Positions 1 through 9,558 of a stretch of 64,000 nt of DNA are shown in pieces. The notes beneath the pieces are model-generated. The model saw only the letters and a program-made list of their open reading frames with translations. It ran no database searches and was not told the origin of the DNA. Each line of letters starts with the position of its first letter. Positions within the stretch are counted from its first letter, which is position 1. A program made the position numbers and the translations under genes. Source of the DNA: a virus; IMG/VR virus record IMGVR_UViG_3300023276_000007, positions 1-64,000 of that record, one strand, 5' to 3'.

Positions 1-92
1 ACAGTAATCATTTTATATCTCCAAAAACATTGGTCAGCCCCTTATGCGCAGGGTCATTTAAGTTGTTAGTATGCAACATATTATAAAAGTCG

Positions 93-290
93 CTATTTTT
101 CGGGTTGGATGTAGTTATAGACGGTAATAAGCGCCCCATCCATGCTTGCGGCATAGTCTTCAACCTTACGAGAAGATCTTAGGTGGTCAAGCATTTGTTG
201 TAACCACCATTCAGGGGGTAGATTGGTCTTGCGATCTTTAAAGAAGGATACCTTATCGACATCCGCAGGGTAGTTTGTCATAGTTTCCAT
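93..290 (-). CDS. hypothetical protein
   Basis: 65-aa ORF whose start overlaps the stop of the 340-aa minus-strand gene. Confidence 0.5.
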   Translation of the reverse strand: METMTNYPADVDKVSFFKDRKTNLPPEWWLQQMLDHLRSSRKVEDYAASMDGALITVYNYIQPEK

Positions 291-1312
291 TAGGTTTGAT
301 CTTCTAGTTGAGCTATTAGGCGGGCAGTATTACCTTGTGGGCCTTCTTGATTCTTCTGAGACGCTTGTGTTTTCTTAAGTTCAGCAAGTCTGTCCTTAAC
401 CTTATCATCCATGGCAAAAAGATCGTCGTCTTCAACTTCAGCCATTGTTGGGGCTACACCACTAATCAAGTTAATAACTTCACGCTGGTCTTTATCTAAC
501 TCGCCTTCAGCATGGTCTTCAAGCATACGGTGAGATACCTCAAGCATGGCTACAGCAGCAACCCTTGGAGTCTCTCCAGCAGCAGAAAGCTTACGAGCAT
601 TATTCAAGGTCAACTGTTGCAATGACTTAGCAACCGCAACAACAGGAACACCCTCATGCTCCATACACCAACCCCATTCATTGTAAAGAAGCTTACATCC
701 ATGAATAGCACCGGTGTACTTCCAATACTTGGCGTCATCAACACCCGGAGGTAAAGAAAGAGCACCCTCTAAAGCGAAGTGCCTTCTTAGAGAAGCTTTG
801 ACTGCACTACCATCAGGAGTTCTACAGTTATAGAAGATCTTCTCGTAGGTTTCGATACCACCCTCTGAGATAGGTAGCTGCTCCGCGATGTCGTCTAGCT
901 CGATATCGTAGCAAAGTAAAAGGGATTCAGCATAAGCACTAGTGGCCGAGGAACTGTTAAGGCTGTCGTGATAGATACGATGAGCCTCGCAAACAAAAGC
1001 CCTTGGGTCTTCAGCTAAGACTCCGAGGGCTATCAATTGTTGGAATAAATCTTTTAGGTGATCGTTGCTTAGTATTCTGCGATAAGCAACTGCATACATA
1101 AGGTATTCATCATCAAGTCTGGTAAGGATATCAACGATGTCATCCCGGTCAGCGATTGCTCCGGCTGCGGCCCATCGCCAGTTGGGATCATAACTATCCG
1201 GGTGGCTAAAAGGGGTCCGTACATCTTCAAGTAGTAGCATAATAAATTCGTGTTCCGTTTTATTGTTCGTGCCTTTAATATATACATAGAGTAGTTTATC
1301 TTTCAAAGCCAT
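290..1312 (-). CDS. hypothetical phage protein, possible HTH (speculatively terminase small subunit-like)
   Basis: 340-aa ORF divergent from the structural operon; segment LDDIAEQLPISEGGIETYEKIFY looks HTH-like; function not established. Confidence 0.6.
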   Translation of the reverse strand: MALKDKLLYVYIKGTNNKTEHEFIMLLLEDVRTPFSHPDSYDPNWRWAAAGAIADRDDIVDILTRLDDEYLMYAVAYRRILSNDHLKDLFQQLIALGVLAEDPRAFVCEAHRIYHDSLNSSSATSAYAESLLLCYDIELDDIAEQLPISEGGIETYEKIFYNCRTPDGSAVKASLRRHFALEGALSLPPGVDDAKYWKYTGAIHGCKLLYNEWGWCMEHEGVPVVAVAKSLQQLTLNNARKLSAAGETPRVAAVAMLEVSHRMLEDHAEGELDKDQREVINLISGVAPTMAEVEDDDLFAMDDKVKDRLAELKKTQASQKNQEGPQGNTARLIAQLEDQT

Positions 1313-1379
1313 ACCGTTGATTATCTAGTAGGCTATGGTAGTGTTACGCTATAAAACCGAGTAGCAGAAGGATACGTTA

Positions 1380-2066
1380 ATGAGTAGTATAATAGTCTTT
1401 GCAGAGTCTTGCGAAAAGTATGAAAGTACCCGAGTTAGGGCCTGCGAAGATACCTGGGCTCCGCTGTTAAGAGCTCGCGGTATAGACGTTTTATTTGTGT
1501 TAGGCTGCCCTGGCCAGCCAGACGAGTTCCAAGTTATAGGCAACATACTTTACGTCAAGTGTCGGGACGAATATAGGGACCTACCTGCCAAGACTAGAAT
1601 GGCAGCTAAGTACTTCACAGAGCATTGCCCCGGCCATGACTACATGTTTAAGTGTGACGATGATACTTATATACACGCCCGCAACTTTTCTAAGTTTGAT
1701 ATAAAAGGATCCGCATACCTAGGAGCACGATGCGGTGCATATCTAAGTGGTGGCGCTGGGTACTTTCTAAACAGGCAGGCTGCGTCGATAGTAGCTCAAT
1801 CCAAACTGAGCACAGGCCCGGAAGATAAAGAAGTTGGGCAACTTCTGCGAGATAACGGTATAACTCCAGTATTTGATAGAAGGTTTTCGGGATGGCCTTC
1901 CCCGGACTGGAAGCAATCACCCTCTATACAAGGCACTGGTACGCATGGCGACGTACCTCCGCCATATGAAAAACTTAAAGACCAAATTACAGACCACCTT
2001 CTAAGAGCACCTGCTAGTGTGATGTACGACATTCATAACGTAGTCGAGCGAGGCCTTACGTGTTAG
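1380..2066 (+). CDS. GT31 (galactosyltransferase/Fringe-like) glycosyltransferase
   Basis: Motifs LPAKT, YMFKCDDDTYI (DxD), YLSGGAGYFL and EDKEVG typical of GT31. Confidence 0.8.
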   Translation: MSSIIVFAESCEKYESTRVRACEDTWAPLLRARGIDVLFVLGCPGQPDEFQVIGNILYVKCRDEYRDLPAKTRMAAKYFTEHCPGHDYMFKCDDDTYIHARNFSKFDIKGSAYLGARCGAYLSGGAGYFLNRQAASIVAQSKLSTGPEDKEVGQLLRDNGITPVFDRRFSGWPSPDWKQSPSIQGTGTHGDVPPPYEKLKDQITDHLLRAPASVMYDIHNVVERGLTC

Positions 2067-2713
2067 ACAAGCCTTACGTATACCTAACAGGCGGGTTGGG
2101 TAACAGACTTAATAATATCTTTAACTACATAGGCACGGACGTACAGTATATCTGGCCTCTAAATGGCGGCCTTGACGCCGTATGGGAGGACCTATTCCAG
2201 CCAGCAGGGTTAGACATCACCTACGAAAGCCCGGTGCCCTCAACACCTAATTATGCCTGGTCATTTAACCGAGCAGGGGACAAGGCACAGGTAACCCGTG
2301 TGCAGAGGTTTATCTCTAGCCTAAAACCGTCGGCGGAAGTAAGTAAGCTCATGGTAAAGTTGCCAGAGGGTACAGATGGGTATACGGTAAGGCTGCTACA
2401 CCCTAGGTCGTTAGTTACGAAACCCGTCAGTATACCAAAGAACGCCTTTATGGCGACAGACTCACAGGCACAGAAGAACGCCAACCCACTGCCCCTGCAG
2501 GTTATTGGCGACAAAGGCCTATGGGACGAGTGCCCTAACATACGTAAAGGAGAAGGAGCCGCAAGAGCTGCTGCTGAGTGGTTCACGTTATTGAGCTGTG
2601 CGACTATATATACAATAGGATGTCCTTTCAAAAGTATTACGGACACTACGCACACTACCTTCGTCGATGCGCACCGTATCTTAGGTAAGGATGTAGTCGA
2701 TTTGACGATCTGA
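2060..2713 (+). CDS. putative fucosyltransferase-like glycosyltransferase (GT11/GT23-like)
   Basis: N-terminal GGLGNRL motif, FMATDS and AAAEWFTLLSC resemble GDP-fucose transferase motifs; GTG start overlapping the upstream gene. Confidence 0.55.
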   Translation: MLDKPYVYLTGGLGNRLNNIFNYIGTDVQYIWPLNGGLDAVWEDLFQPAGLDITYESPVPSTPNYAWSFNRAGDKAQVTRVQRFISSLKPSAEVSKLMVKLPEGTDGYTVRLLHPRSLVTKPVSIPKNAFMATDSQAQKNANPLPLQVIGDKGLWDECPNIRKGEGAARAAAEWFTLLSCATIYTIGCPFKSITDTTHTTFVDAHRILGKDVVDLTI

Positions 2714-2762
2714 CCCTTCCGTGTTAATGTACGACTACATGTTAACCAACGTAGGAGAAGGC

Positions 2763-2999
2763 ATGACACGTACTAAGTACATACTAAAACGTATAGTGGG
2801 AAGCTGGAGATTATTTTGGGGATTCTGTCCCGGATGCTACAGCCACGAAGACCTACAAAACGTTTGCAAAGTCTGTAACGGCGCCCGTGGAAGCGATAAC
2901 GAAATGTTGAAGATGTGGAAAGAAAGGTACAAAGCAAAGCTTGACGAGAATCGGGCCTTGTACCGAACGAATAAACAATTAGATCACCTGAATAATTAA
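2763..2999 (+). CDS. small Cys-rich hypothetical protein
   Basis: CPGC...CKVC; ATG at 2763 follows GGAG (ORF track starts at 2721). Confidence 0.5.
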   Translation: MTRTKYILKRIVGSWRLFWGFCPGCYSHEDLQNVCKVCNGARGSDNEMLKMWKERYKAKLDENRALYRTNKQLDHLNN

Positions 3000-3027
3000 G
3001 TACCGTCTGGTACAACGAACTAAAAAC

Positions 3028-3058
3028 AGTACGTTAGGGACACTATCCCTAACGTACT
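3028..3058. terminator. perfect 13-bp hairpin, probable minus-strand intrinsic terminator
   Basis: AGTACGTTAGGGA-cacta-TCCCTAACGTACT preceded by AAAAAC (U-tract on the minus strand). Confidence 0.55.
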
Positions 3059-3075
3059 AATATAAGAAGCAAACA

Positions 3076-4785
3076 ATGGCCAAAGATGAAGTAATAGTAG
3101 CAAACGACAATGACAAAAAGGTTCTAGAAAACTTTGACCGTACTACGTTGCTGCCACACCTATTCAAGATTAAGGGCAAAGAATTCTCCTTAGACAAATA
3201 CCCACAGATGAAGGCACTCTATGCCTCACAGTTTGTCCCCAAGACCATTTACTTCTGCGGTCGTCAGGTTTCTAAGAGTACCAACCTATCTCGTAGTGAG
3301 GTATTCGACGCGATAAGCATCGACCAGTTCCAGCAGCTCTTCATAGCACCGCTACAGGATCAGACCCTAAGATACAGTCGGTCCGTATTACAAGAAGCAA
3401 TCAATACCTGCCGTACTGCAAAGCTCATGCAGTCAAAGAAGTTCGCCTCCAAGCATGGTAAGGGCGGCATTGACATTACCAATAACATTACCAACAAATC
3501 CTTTTCCAACGGCGCGTCTATACAGCTATCGTATGCTAGTACAGATCCTGACCGTGTTCGTGGTATCACTGCTGACCGTATCGACTTTGACGAAGTACAG
3601 GATCAGATCTTTGACAACGTTAACGTAATCGCAGAATGTCTATCTAACTCTGAGTGGGGTATCCAACGATACACTGGTACAGCCAAGACAATGGACAACC
3701 CGATTCAGTACCTTTGGGAGGGTTCCTCACAAGGCGAATGGGTGATACAATGTACTGGATGTAATACATATAACTTTCCTACCAAGGATGGTAATGTACT
3801 AGACATGATACAAGTACAAGGGCCGTCCTGTCACAAGTGTGGTAAGCTACTAAACCCACGTAAAGGACAATGGATACATGCCTTCCCTGATAGGGTAGAT
3901 AAGTTTGTCGGGTACCATATCCCTCAAATTGTACTACCTGCTATGACCGAGGACAAAAAGCGTTGGTTGTCGATACTTAACAAGGTAGCCGAACTACCCG
4001 AAAGTGTACTATACATGGAAATCCTTGGTATCAGTACAGACCAAGGTACTAGACTTATTTCCCAGTCAGATATTGATCGCGTTAGTACACTAGGTGCACC
4101 CGACGACTATAAAGGTAAGGGTTGCGAGAAGTACCAGAAAATCTGTATCGGTGTTGACTGGGGTATCGCTAACATTACATCTTTCACCGCTGTCTCAGTA
4201 TGTGGTATAACTAACAACGGTAACATTGAGTGCATACACGGTGAGGTTTGGGGTGGCCTTGACATCGTAGAGATCTTTCAGCGCATAGTGAAGCTGTCTA
4301 CTGATTATAACTGTAACTTCGTCGCCTGTGACTACGGTGCCGGCTTTCACAATAACCAAATCCTTTCTCTTGAGTATAAGCTACCGGTAGTGCAACTCTT
4401 CTATGTAGCACAGGGTCAGTTCCTTAACTATGCAGAGAAGATGGGGATACCTTTATGGAAGGTTGACCGTAACACAGCTTTCGATGTGCTATTCGATAAC
4501 ATCAAGAAGGATAAGATAAAGTTCCTTAACCCGGAATACTCAGGGCATTACACTAAACACTTCCTAGCAGTCACCGAAGAACGTACTGAGACCAGCTCTG
4601 GCCAAGGTAGAAGAAAGTTCGATAGAATACCTGATAGACCAGATGATTTCCTCCATGCTACTATCTTTGCATCACTCATTTTGTACCAAGCAACAGGACA
4701 TGATGTCATCAGCACTGTACCACAAGATAAGTCCGGGCAAGACATTGCGTCCCAGGCAATTGACAGAGAATATGGTTACGAATAA
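3076..4785 (+). CDS. terL: terminase large subunit (lambda gpA-like)
   Basis: Walker A CGRQVSKST, Walker B IDFDEVQD, GTAKT coupling motif, CxxC pairs, RNase H-like nuclease IGVDWG and PDDFLHA. Confidence 0.92.
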   Translation: MAKDEVIVANDNDKKVLENFDRTTLLPHLFKIKGKEFSLDKYPQMKALYASQFVPKTIYFCGRQVSKSTNLSRSEVFDAISIDQFQQLFIAPLQDQTLRYSRSVLQEAINTCRTAKLMQSKKFASKHGKGGIDITNNITNKSFSNGASIQLSYASTDPDRVRGITADRIDFDEVQDQIFDNVNVIAECLSNSEWGIQRYTGTAKTMDNPIQYLWEGSSQGEWVIQCTGCNTYNFPTKDGNVLDMIQVQGPSCHKCGKLLNPRKGQWIHAFPDRVDKFVGYHIPQIVLPAMTEDKKRWLSILNKVAELPESVLYMEILGISTDQGTRLISQSDIDRVSTLGAPDDYKGKGCEKYQKICIGVDWGIANITSFTAVSVCGITNNGNIECIHGEVWGGLDIVEIFQRIVKLSTDYNCNFVACDYGAGFHNNQILSLEYKLPVVQLFYVAQGQFLNYAEKMGIPLWKVDRNTAFDVLFDNIKKDKIKFLNPEYSGHYTKHFLAVTEERTETSSGQGRRKFDRIPDRPDDFLHATIFASLILYQATGHDVISTVPQDKSGQDIASQAIDREYGYE

Positions 4786-4789
4786 ACCT

Positions 4790-4818
4790 TTGACCTATCA
4801 TGTTTTATGGTGTATAAG
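4790..4818 (+). promoter_or_regulatory. sigma70-like promoter
   Basis: TTGACC-N17-TATAAG upstream of the ORF at 4869. Confidence 0.55.
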
Positions 4819-4868
4819 TACATTCTAATTGCAATTAGTTTTTATAGAAACTCCTAGGAGACAATGTT

Positions 4869-5393
4869 ATGCCACAAAATATAGTACCAGCCGATGAAGC
4901 TCAGATGACTGAGTTCCTCAAGTCAGCTTCAGCCAAGATGACCGAGCTAGGTGTACCTCAAGAGTATCACCAAGACCTACTTACCAATGAGTTAGCCGCT
5001 CAGGCCGCTAACCTTTCTATCCCCAGTTTAAAACAAGCCGCCATGGAGAAAGAAGTCGAGTCCCCATGCGACGCACTAGCCGATGCAGCCGAAGACTCTT
5101 CTGATGATAAGAAGAAGCCTATCGCTAAGGCAGTTAAGATTACAGTCCTTAAGAAGGCTATGGCCTCCGCTAAGGAGAATAAGGGTAAGACCCCTGAAGA
5201 GAAGAAAGATGAAGAAGTCGACAAGGAAATCCCTGCGAAGACGGAAAGCATTGAGACCTCTGAGAAGGAAGCCGCCGAGAAGGTAGCAAGAGAGGCTTTA
5301 TTCAACTCTGCTTTGGATCATATGGTTACCTCTATGCAGATCCCAGAGAAGCAAGCAAAAGAAATTCTTGTCCGTCAGTTCGGAAAAGTTTAA
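4869..5393 (+). CDS. hypothetical charged protein with K-x-A motifs (possible head protein)
   Basis: GGAG RBS; KSA, KQA, KKA, KEA, KVA motifs. Confidence 0.65.
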   Translation: MPQNIVPADEAQMTEFLKSASAKMTELGVPQEYHQDLLTNELAAQAANLSIPSLKQAAMEKEVESPCDALADAAEDSSDDKKKPIAKAVKITVLKKAMASAKENKGKTPEEKKDEEVDKEIPAKTESIETSEKEAAEKVAREALFNSALDHMVTSMQIPEKQAKEILVRQFGKV

Positions 5394-5415
5394 CAAAAAC
5401 GAAAAGGAACATTGT

Positions 5416-6189
5416 ATGAAAATACGAAACGAGAAGTCATACCCAGTATTTCTACGGTACGCAGGTAAAGGTCGTGCAGGAAGAAATCTAAGAGCCGGTG
5501 AAGTATCACCAGAGTGTCCTAACGACAGGCTCCACCTGAAGTTAGTCCAACGTCACATGGTAAGTAAGATCATTACAATCTATGTAACTAAAGACGAGAG
5601 AGCAGCCCTCCGAGGTAACCTACCTGAAGAGATAACACAACTTTTAAATTGCAGCAGACCTTCTTGTTCTATAAAGGATAAAGCAGCACCTGCACCTGTA
5701 GCAGCACCTGCTCCTGTAGTTGAAGAAGCTCCGGTAGCACCTGAAGAAGTTCCTGACGCTCCTGTAGCTGAAGAAGCTCCGGTAGCACCTGAAGAAGTTC
5801 CTGACGCTCCTGTAGCTGAAGAGCCTAAAGCTGAAGAAGCTTCTGCTGAAGTTGAATGTCCTGTTGTCGAAGGCGAAGCTCCTAAGGTTGAAGACCAGCC
5901 TAAGTCTAAGCACCTTGATGAAGCAGGCGCTAAGCCAGCTCCTGAAAAGACTGCTGCAGAACTTGTGGAAGATCCAATCAAGAAGAATGCCAAGAAGTCA
6001 AAGCCAGCTCCGGCTAAAGCTAAGGCACCTGCTAAAGCTCCTGCTAAAGCTAAAGTGGAAGACTACAAAGGCCTCAACAAGAAAGAACTTCTTGCAGAGA
6101 TTGCTAGCCGTGGACTTAAGAAGCCAGCGGCAACTACTTCAACCACTAGACTACGCGACAAGCTGATTAAAGACGACGAGTCTAAGTAG
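5416..6189 (+). CDS. hypothetical protein with Pro/Ala/Glu-rich linker and C-terminal HeH/Rho-N-like domain
   Basis: ATG 5416 after AAGGA; C-terminal YKGLNKKELLAEIASRGL...RLRDKL resembles a helix-extension-helix module. Confidence 0.6.
   Translation: MKIRNEKSYPVFLRYAGKGRAGRNLRAGEVSPECPNDRLHLKLVQRHMVSKIITIYVTKDERAALRGNLPEEITQLLNCSRPSCSIKDKAAPAPVAAPAPVVEEAPVAPEEVPDAPVAEEAPVAPEEVPDAPVAEEPKAEEASAEVECPVVEGEAPKVEDQPKSKHLDEAGAKPAPEKTAAELVEDPIKKNAKKSKPAPAKAKAPAKAPAKAKVEDYKGLNKKELLAEIASRGLKKPAATTSTTRLRDKLIKDDESK
5710..5823 (+). repeat. 48-bp coding tandem repeat (about 2.4 copies)
   Basis: Encodes APV(V/A)EEAPVAPEEVPD twice plus a partial copy; near-identical DNA. Confidence 0.85.
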
Positions 6190-6190
6190 A

Positions 6191-7000
6191 GTGGTGACAA
6201 TGGAGAACGAGGCTATAGACGGCTTCCTTGCTAAGAATACAATACCGTCGGCACAAGCTAACGGTAAGCAGAAGAAAGGCCCTGCAAAGAATCGCAATGA
6301 GGAACGGTCTGCACTACACGATGGTATACGAGGTTTCTCGAAAGCTAAAGTGACTAGTGCGTCCGAGGCCTCGGCTGTTTTGAGCCAAGCTAATATGCCG
6401 AGTGATAAGAGCATGGACCCTAACATACCAGGGCACATAGCTAATAAGTCCGGCAAGAAGATGGCAGGCAGCCGCAAAACTCGTAAAGAACGAGCAAGGA
6501 GTAATATAGGTTTGAGTAAAGACGGAGCATATGACCCATTCTCAGGACAACCTCCTGAAGATGGAGTACCCGACGACATTGATTGGCGCGGAGAGAGTGA
6601 TGAAGCTGTTGAGGAGAACCTTTTTGGAGGACACACACCACAGACGAGGACAGTCATTAAGGAAGTCATTAAAGAGGTAGAGGTCGTTAAAGAGGTACGA
6701 GTACCTTCTAAGGCTGATAACTTCTTAGCTCAAAGCAGGCGTATCACTATCAAGACTAATGATGGTATGTTTATGTTGCCGGCTGTAGACCTTAAGACGT
6801 CTGCGGATTGTATAACGTTACTGTTACCTCTTAGTGAGGACAGCACCACATACATTCCCAACCGTGGCTCTGAGTTAACTATTATTTGGAGAGAAGATAA
6901 TAAAGACAGGAAGGAGAAGGTATTCTTCCCAGGTACTTGTGTAGAGGTACAAGAACTTGGTGTTATTATAGTCTCCCTAATTATTATAGACGACAAATAA
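6191..7000 (+). CDS. hypothetical protein
   Basis: 269-aa ORF; disordered N-terminus and beta-rich C-terminal domain; start may be the ATG at 6200. Confidence 0.65.
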   Translation: MVTMENEAIDGFLAKNTIPSAQANGKQKKGPAKNRNEERSALHDGIRGFSKAKVTSASEASAVLSQANMPSDKSMDPNIPGHIANKSGKKMAGSRKTRKERARSNIGLSKDGAYDPFSGQPPEDGVPDDIDWRGESDEAVEENLFGGHTPQTRTVIKEVIKEVEVVKEVRVPSKADNFLAQSRRITIKTNDGMFMLPAVDLKTSADCITLLLPLSEDSTTYIPNRGSELTIIWREDNKDRKEKVFFPGTCVEVQELGVIIVSLIIIDDK

Positions 7001-7003
7001 AAA

Positions 7004-7033
7004 ATATTGGCAAGCTGTATGGCTTGCCAATAT
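7004..7033. terminator. perfect 12-bp hairpin, probable minus-strand terminator
   Basis: ATATTGGCAAGC-tgtatg-GCTTGCCAATAT preceded by an A-run. Confidence 0.5.
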
Positions 7034-7037
7034 CTAA

Positions 7038-7193
7038 ATGAAAGAGAATATTATGGAAAAGCAAAACATTATCCCGATGCCTGAAGGAAGTAAGCAAGCA
7101 TCATCTGAGAAACCTGCTAAGTTTGATAAGTTGTCTAATTCTGAGACTAACAAGTCATTTGACTTTAGTAAGGATAAAAAGTTAAACAAGTAG
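7038..7193 (+). CDS. small hypothetical protein (51 aa, below the ORF-track cutoff)
   Basis: MKENIMEKQNIIPMPEGSKQASSEKPAK...KKLNK*; fills the gap before the portal; contains KQA. Confidence 0.45.
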   Translation: MKENIMEKQNIIPMPEGSKQASSEKPAKFDKLSNSETNKSFDFSKDKKLNK

Positions 7194-7245
7194 GTGCGTA
7201 ACGTGTCAGACACTATATCTAAGAAGTTCATAATGGAGGCACACG

Positions 7246-9243
7246 ATGCCCGCTAACAGCAACGACCCTTATAACGATAGGCAGCAGTCCAATGGGGCTG
7301 GTAAATTCCCTAACCCTTTCTATGATGTAGCTTCAGAATTTATCCCTACTGACATTAACAACGTCCTTGAGTGGGCAGAGTATGTTTACATGTCCTTTGG
7401 AACATGGAGAGCAGCCTCTCGAAGAGTTGTAAGATATTTCCTTACCGACCTAATATTAGAAGGGGAGTCTGATCAAGAACGTGAAGACTTCAACAAGTTC
7501 CTTAATGATAAGCTACATATAACTACAGAGCTGGGCCAGATCGGTGATGAGTACATGACCTATGGTAATGCTTTCGTAAGTATCTATTTCCCCTTCGATC
7601 GCTGGTTCAAGTGCCCTGAGTGTAATATAGAGATCAAGTCAGGCAAGCTTCCTTATAAATATAATGCTAGTAAGGCTACCTTTAATGCAACATGCCATAA
7701 GTGTGCATACACTGGTGCTTGGAACCATGAAGATAGAAGAAGCGCTGATAAAGACCGAGTTAAGATCATCAGATGGAACCCTAAGCAGATGCGCCTTAGA
7801 GTCCACCCAGTTAGTGGTAGAACCACATACTTCTGGGCTATCCCTCAGTCATTCATCAAGAACGTCGAGGAAGGCAAGCACTTTTACATTGACGACACAC
7901 CATGGCATGTCCTTAAGACTATTGCTAAGAACACTGCACAGAGTGGTTCAGAAGCCGGCCCGCTGTTTGAGTTTAACGACGGAGCCATCTATCACTTTAA
8001 AGAAAACACCCTAGCAGGGCTTCCGATAGTAGGATGGGGAATACCTCAGATACTACCAAACTTTAAGTTGATTTACTACATTCAGGTCTTGCGTCGATTC
8101 GACGAGGCTATAGCTCACGACTTCATTGTTCCTTTTCGTGTTCTTTACCCAGATGCTGGGCCTTCTCCGGCGCAAGATCCTCTGACCAAGACATCTCTTA
8201 GTGGTTTCGTCACGAAGCTACAAGAGGTTAAGAAGATGCACCGCGCAGATCCTACTGGTATAACCATTGCACCTTTCAAGGTCGGATACCAGATGCTAGG
8301 TGGTGAAGGTAAGTCCCTCACACCTAAGGACCAGATCATGCAGGCTCTCGACGAGCTACTTAACGCGATGGGTTACCCTGCAGAACTCTACAGAGGCTCT
8401 CTAGGAATCCAAGCGGCACCAGTTGCCCTAAGATTGTTCGAGAAGACGTGGGGATCACTTGTTGATGGTTATAACGACCTAATCGCTTGGATGCTTGAAC
8501 GTATCTCTAAACACTTCATGTGGGGTGAGATCACTGGTAAGCTTCAACCTGTTACTCTTGCAGACGATATGGAACGTAAGGCACTTAACCTTCAAGCATC
8601 TGCAGGTATGGATGTTTCTAAAGGCACAGCCTACAGACCATTTGGTATCGACTACATGGCGGAACAGGAAAGAATCGTACAAGAGCAGCAGTCTATTCAG
8701 AAGCTGCAGCAGTCTGCTATGGAAGAAGCCCAAGCCCAACAAGGTATGGAAGGCGGAACTGGTGGTGGAGGCGCTCCTGGTGGAGAAGCCGGCGCTACTC
8801 CTGGTGATATCCATGAGCAAGCTAAGCAAACAGCCCAACAGCTATTGTTCCAGACTCCGGAGACCCAGAGACGATCTGCCCTTATTGATATTAAGCATAG
8901 TAACCCAACGCTACATGCACTAGTACTGCAAGAGATGAGTAACATCCGTCAAGAAGCATCTAGCCAAGGCCAGTCAATGGTCATGGAACAACAGAAGCAG
9001 CAGATGGGTGACGCTGGTGGGGGCATGGTAGCCCAAGCTAGTGATACTGGCGGTAAGTACGACGCAACCACGATGTCAGTATTCTCTATGGACAGTATCA
9101 TAGCCGACGGGGTCCTTTCTTATAACAATTCTGATTGGCAGAAGTTAGCTACTGCCATTACTAATATTAAAGATACTACAGCCCCAGCCTATCAGGCCTT
9201 CCGATTTGCATTTAGGAAGCTGAAAGGATGGGACGAAGAGTAG
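7246..9243 (+). CDS. portal protein
   Basis: Position after terL; GGAGG RBS; portal-like YMTYGNAFV, IYHFKE, GWGIP motifs; Q/G-rich C-terminal tail; CxxC...CxxC insertion. Confidence 0.8.
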   Translation: MPANSNDPYNDRQQSNGAGKFPNPFYDVASEFIPTDINNVLEWAEYVYMSFGTWRAASRRVVRYFLTDLILEGESDQEREDFNKFLNDKLHITTELGQIGDEYMTYGNAFVSIYFPFDRWFKCPECNIEIKSGKLPYKYNASKATFNATCHKCAYTGAWNHEDRRSADKDRVKIIRWNPKQMRLRVHPVSGRTTYFWAIPQSFIKNVEEGKHFYIDDTPWHVLKTIAKNTAQSGSEAGPLFEFNDGAIYHFKENTLAGLPIVGWGIPQILPNFKLIYYIQVLRRFDEAIAHDFIVPFRVLYPDAGPSPAQDPLTKTSLSGFVTKLQEVKKMHRADPTGITIAPFKVGYQMLGGEGKSLTPKDQIMQALDELLNAMGYPAELYRGSLGIQAAPVALRLFEKTWGSLVDGYNDLIAWMLERISKHFMWGEITGKLQPVTLADDMERKALNLQASAGMDVSKGTAYRPFGIDYMAEQERIVQEQQSIQKLQQSAMEEAQAQQGMEGGTGGGGAPGGEAGATPGDIHEQAKQTAQQLLFQTPETQRRSALIDIKHSNPTLHALVLQEMSNIRQEASSQGQSMVMEQQKQQMGDAGGGMVAQASDTGGKYDATTMSVFSMDSIIADGVLSYNNSDWQKLATAITNIKDTTAPAYQAFRFAFRKLKGWDEE

Positions 9244-9251
9244 GCACCGCA

Positions 9252-9419
9252 ATGGGAGAATACACTGTAACTGATTTAACCTGTGCCCACTGCCAGCAGC
9301 AAGAGTTTCTTAAGATTACAGAGAAACTCTTGCAATGCATACACTGTAAGAAGTATCGCTTTAACCCTGAACATCTAAAAGAAGGGTTTCCTCCCCCAAA
9401 GGAGGATGAACAGCCTTAG
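9252..9419 (+). CDS. small zinc-ribbon protein
   Basis: CAHC...CIHC; start uncertain (9228 or 9252). Confidence 0.45.
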   Translation: MGEYTVTDLTCAHCQQQEFLKITEKLLQCIHCKKYRFNPEHLKEGFPPPKEDEQP

Positions 9420-9424
9420 ATAGT

Positions 9425-9453
9425 AAAGCCCTTAGCCCTCTAAGGGCTTTTTT
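9425..9453 (+). terminator. intrinsic terminator
   Basis: AAAGCCCTTAG-ccct-CTAAGGGCTTT followed by a T-run. Confidence 0.8.
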
Positions 9454-9491
9454 ATTGCATGCCTGGGAGCCCTTTTTCTTTAGCTATCAGA

Positions 9492-9520
9492 TTGCATAAC
9501 ATGTGGTTACATGATATAAA
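9492..9520 (+). promoter_or_regulatory. sigma70-like promoter with extended -10
   Basis: TTGCAT-N17-TATAAA with TGn before the -10, upstream of the protease at 9559. Confidence 0.6.
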
Positions 9521-9558
9521 TTAATAAAGATACTTTTTAACTCTGGCCAGGAGAAAAC

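Noticed and set aside
5710-5823. CRISPR-like array
   Set aside because: In-frame coding tandem repeats without unique spacers; no CRISPR array, tRNA or rRNA was recognised anywhere in the window.
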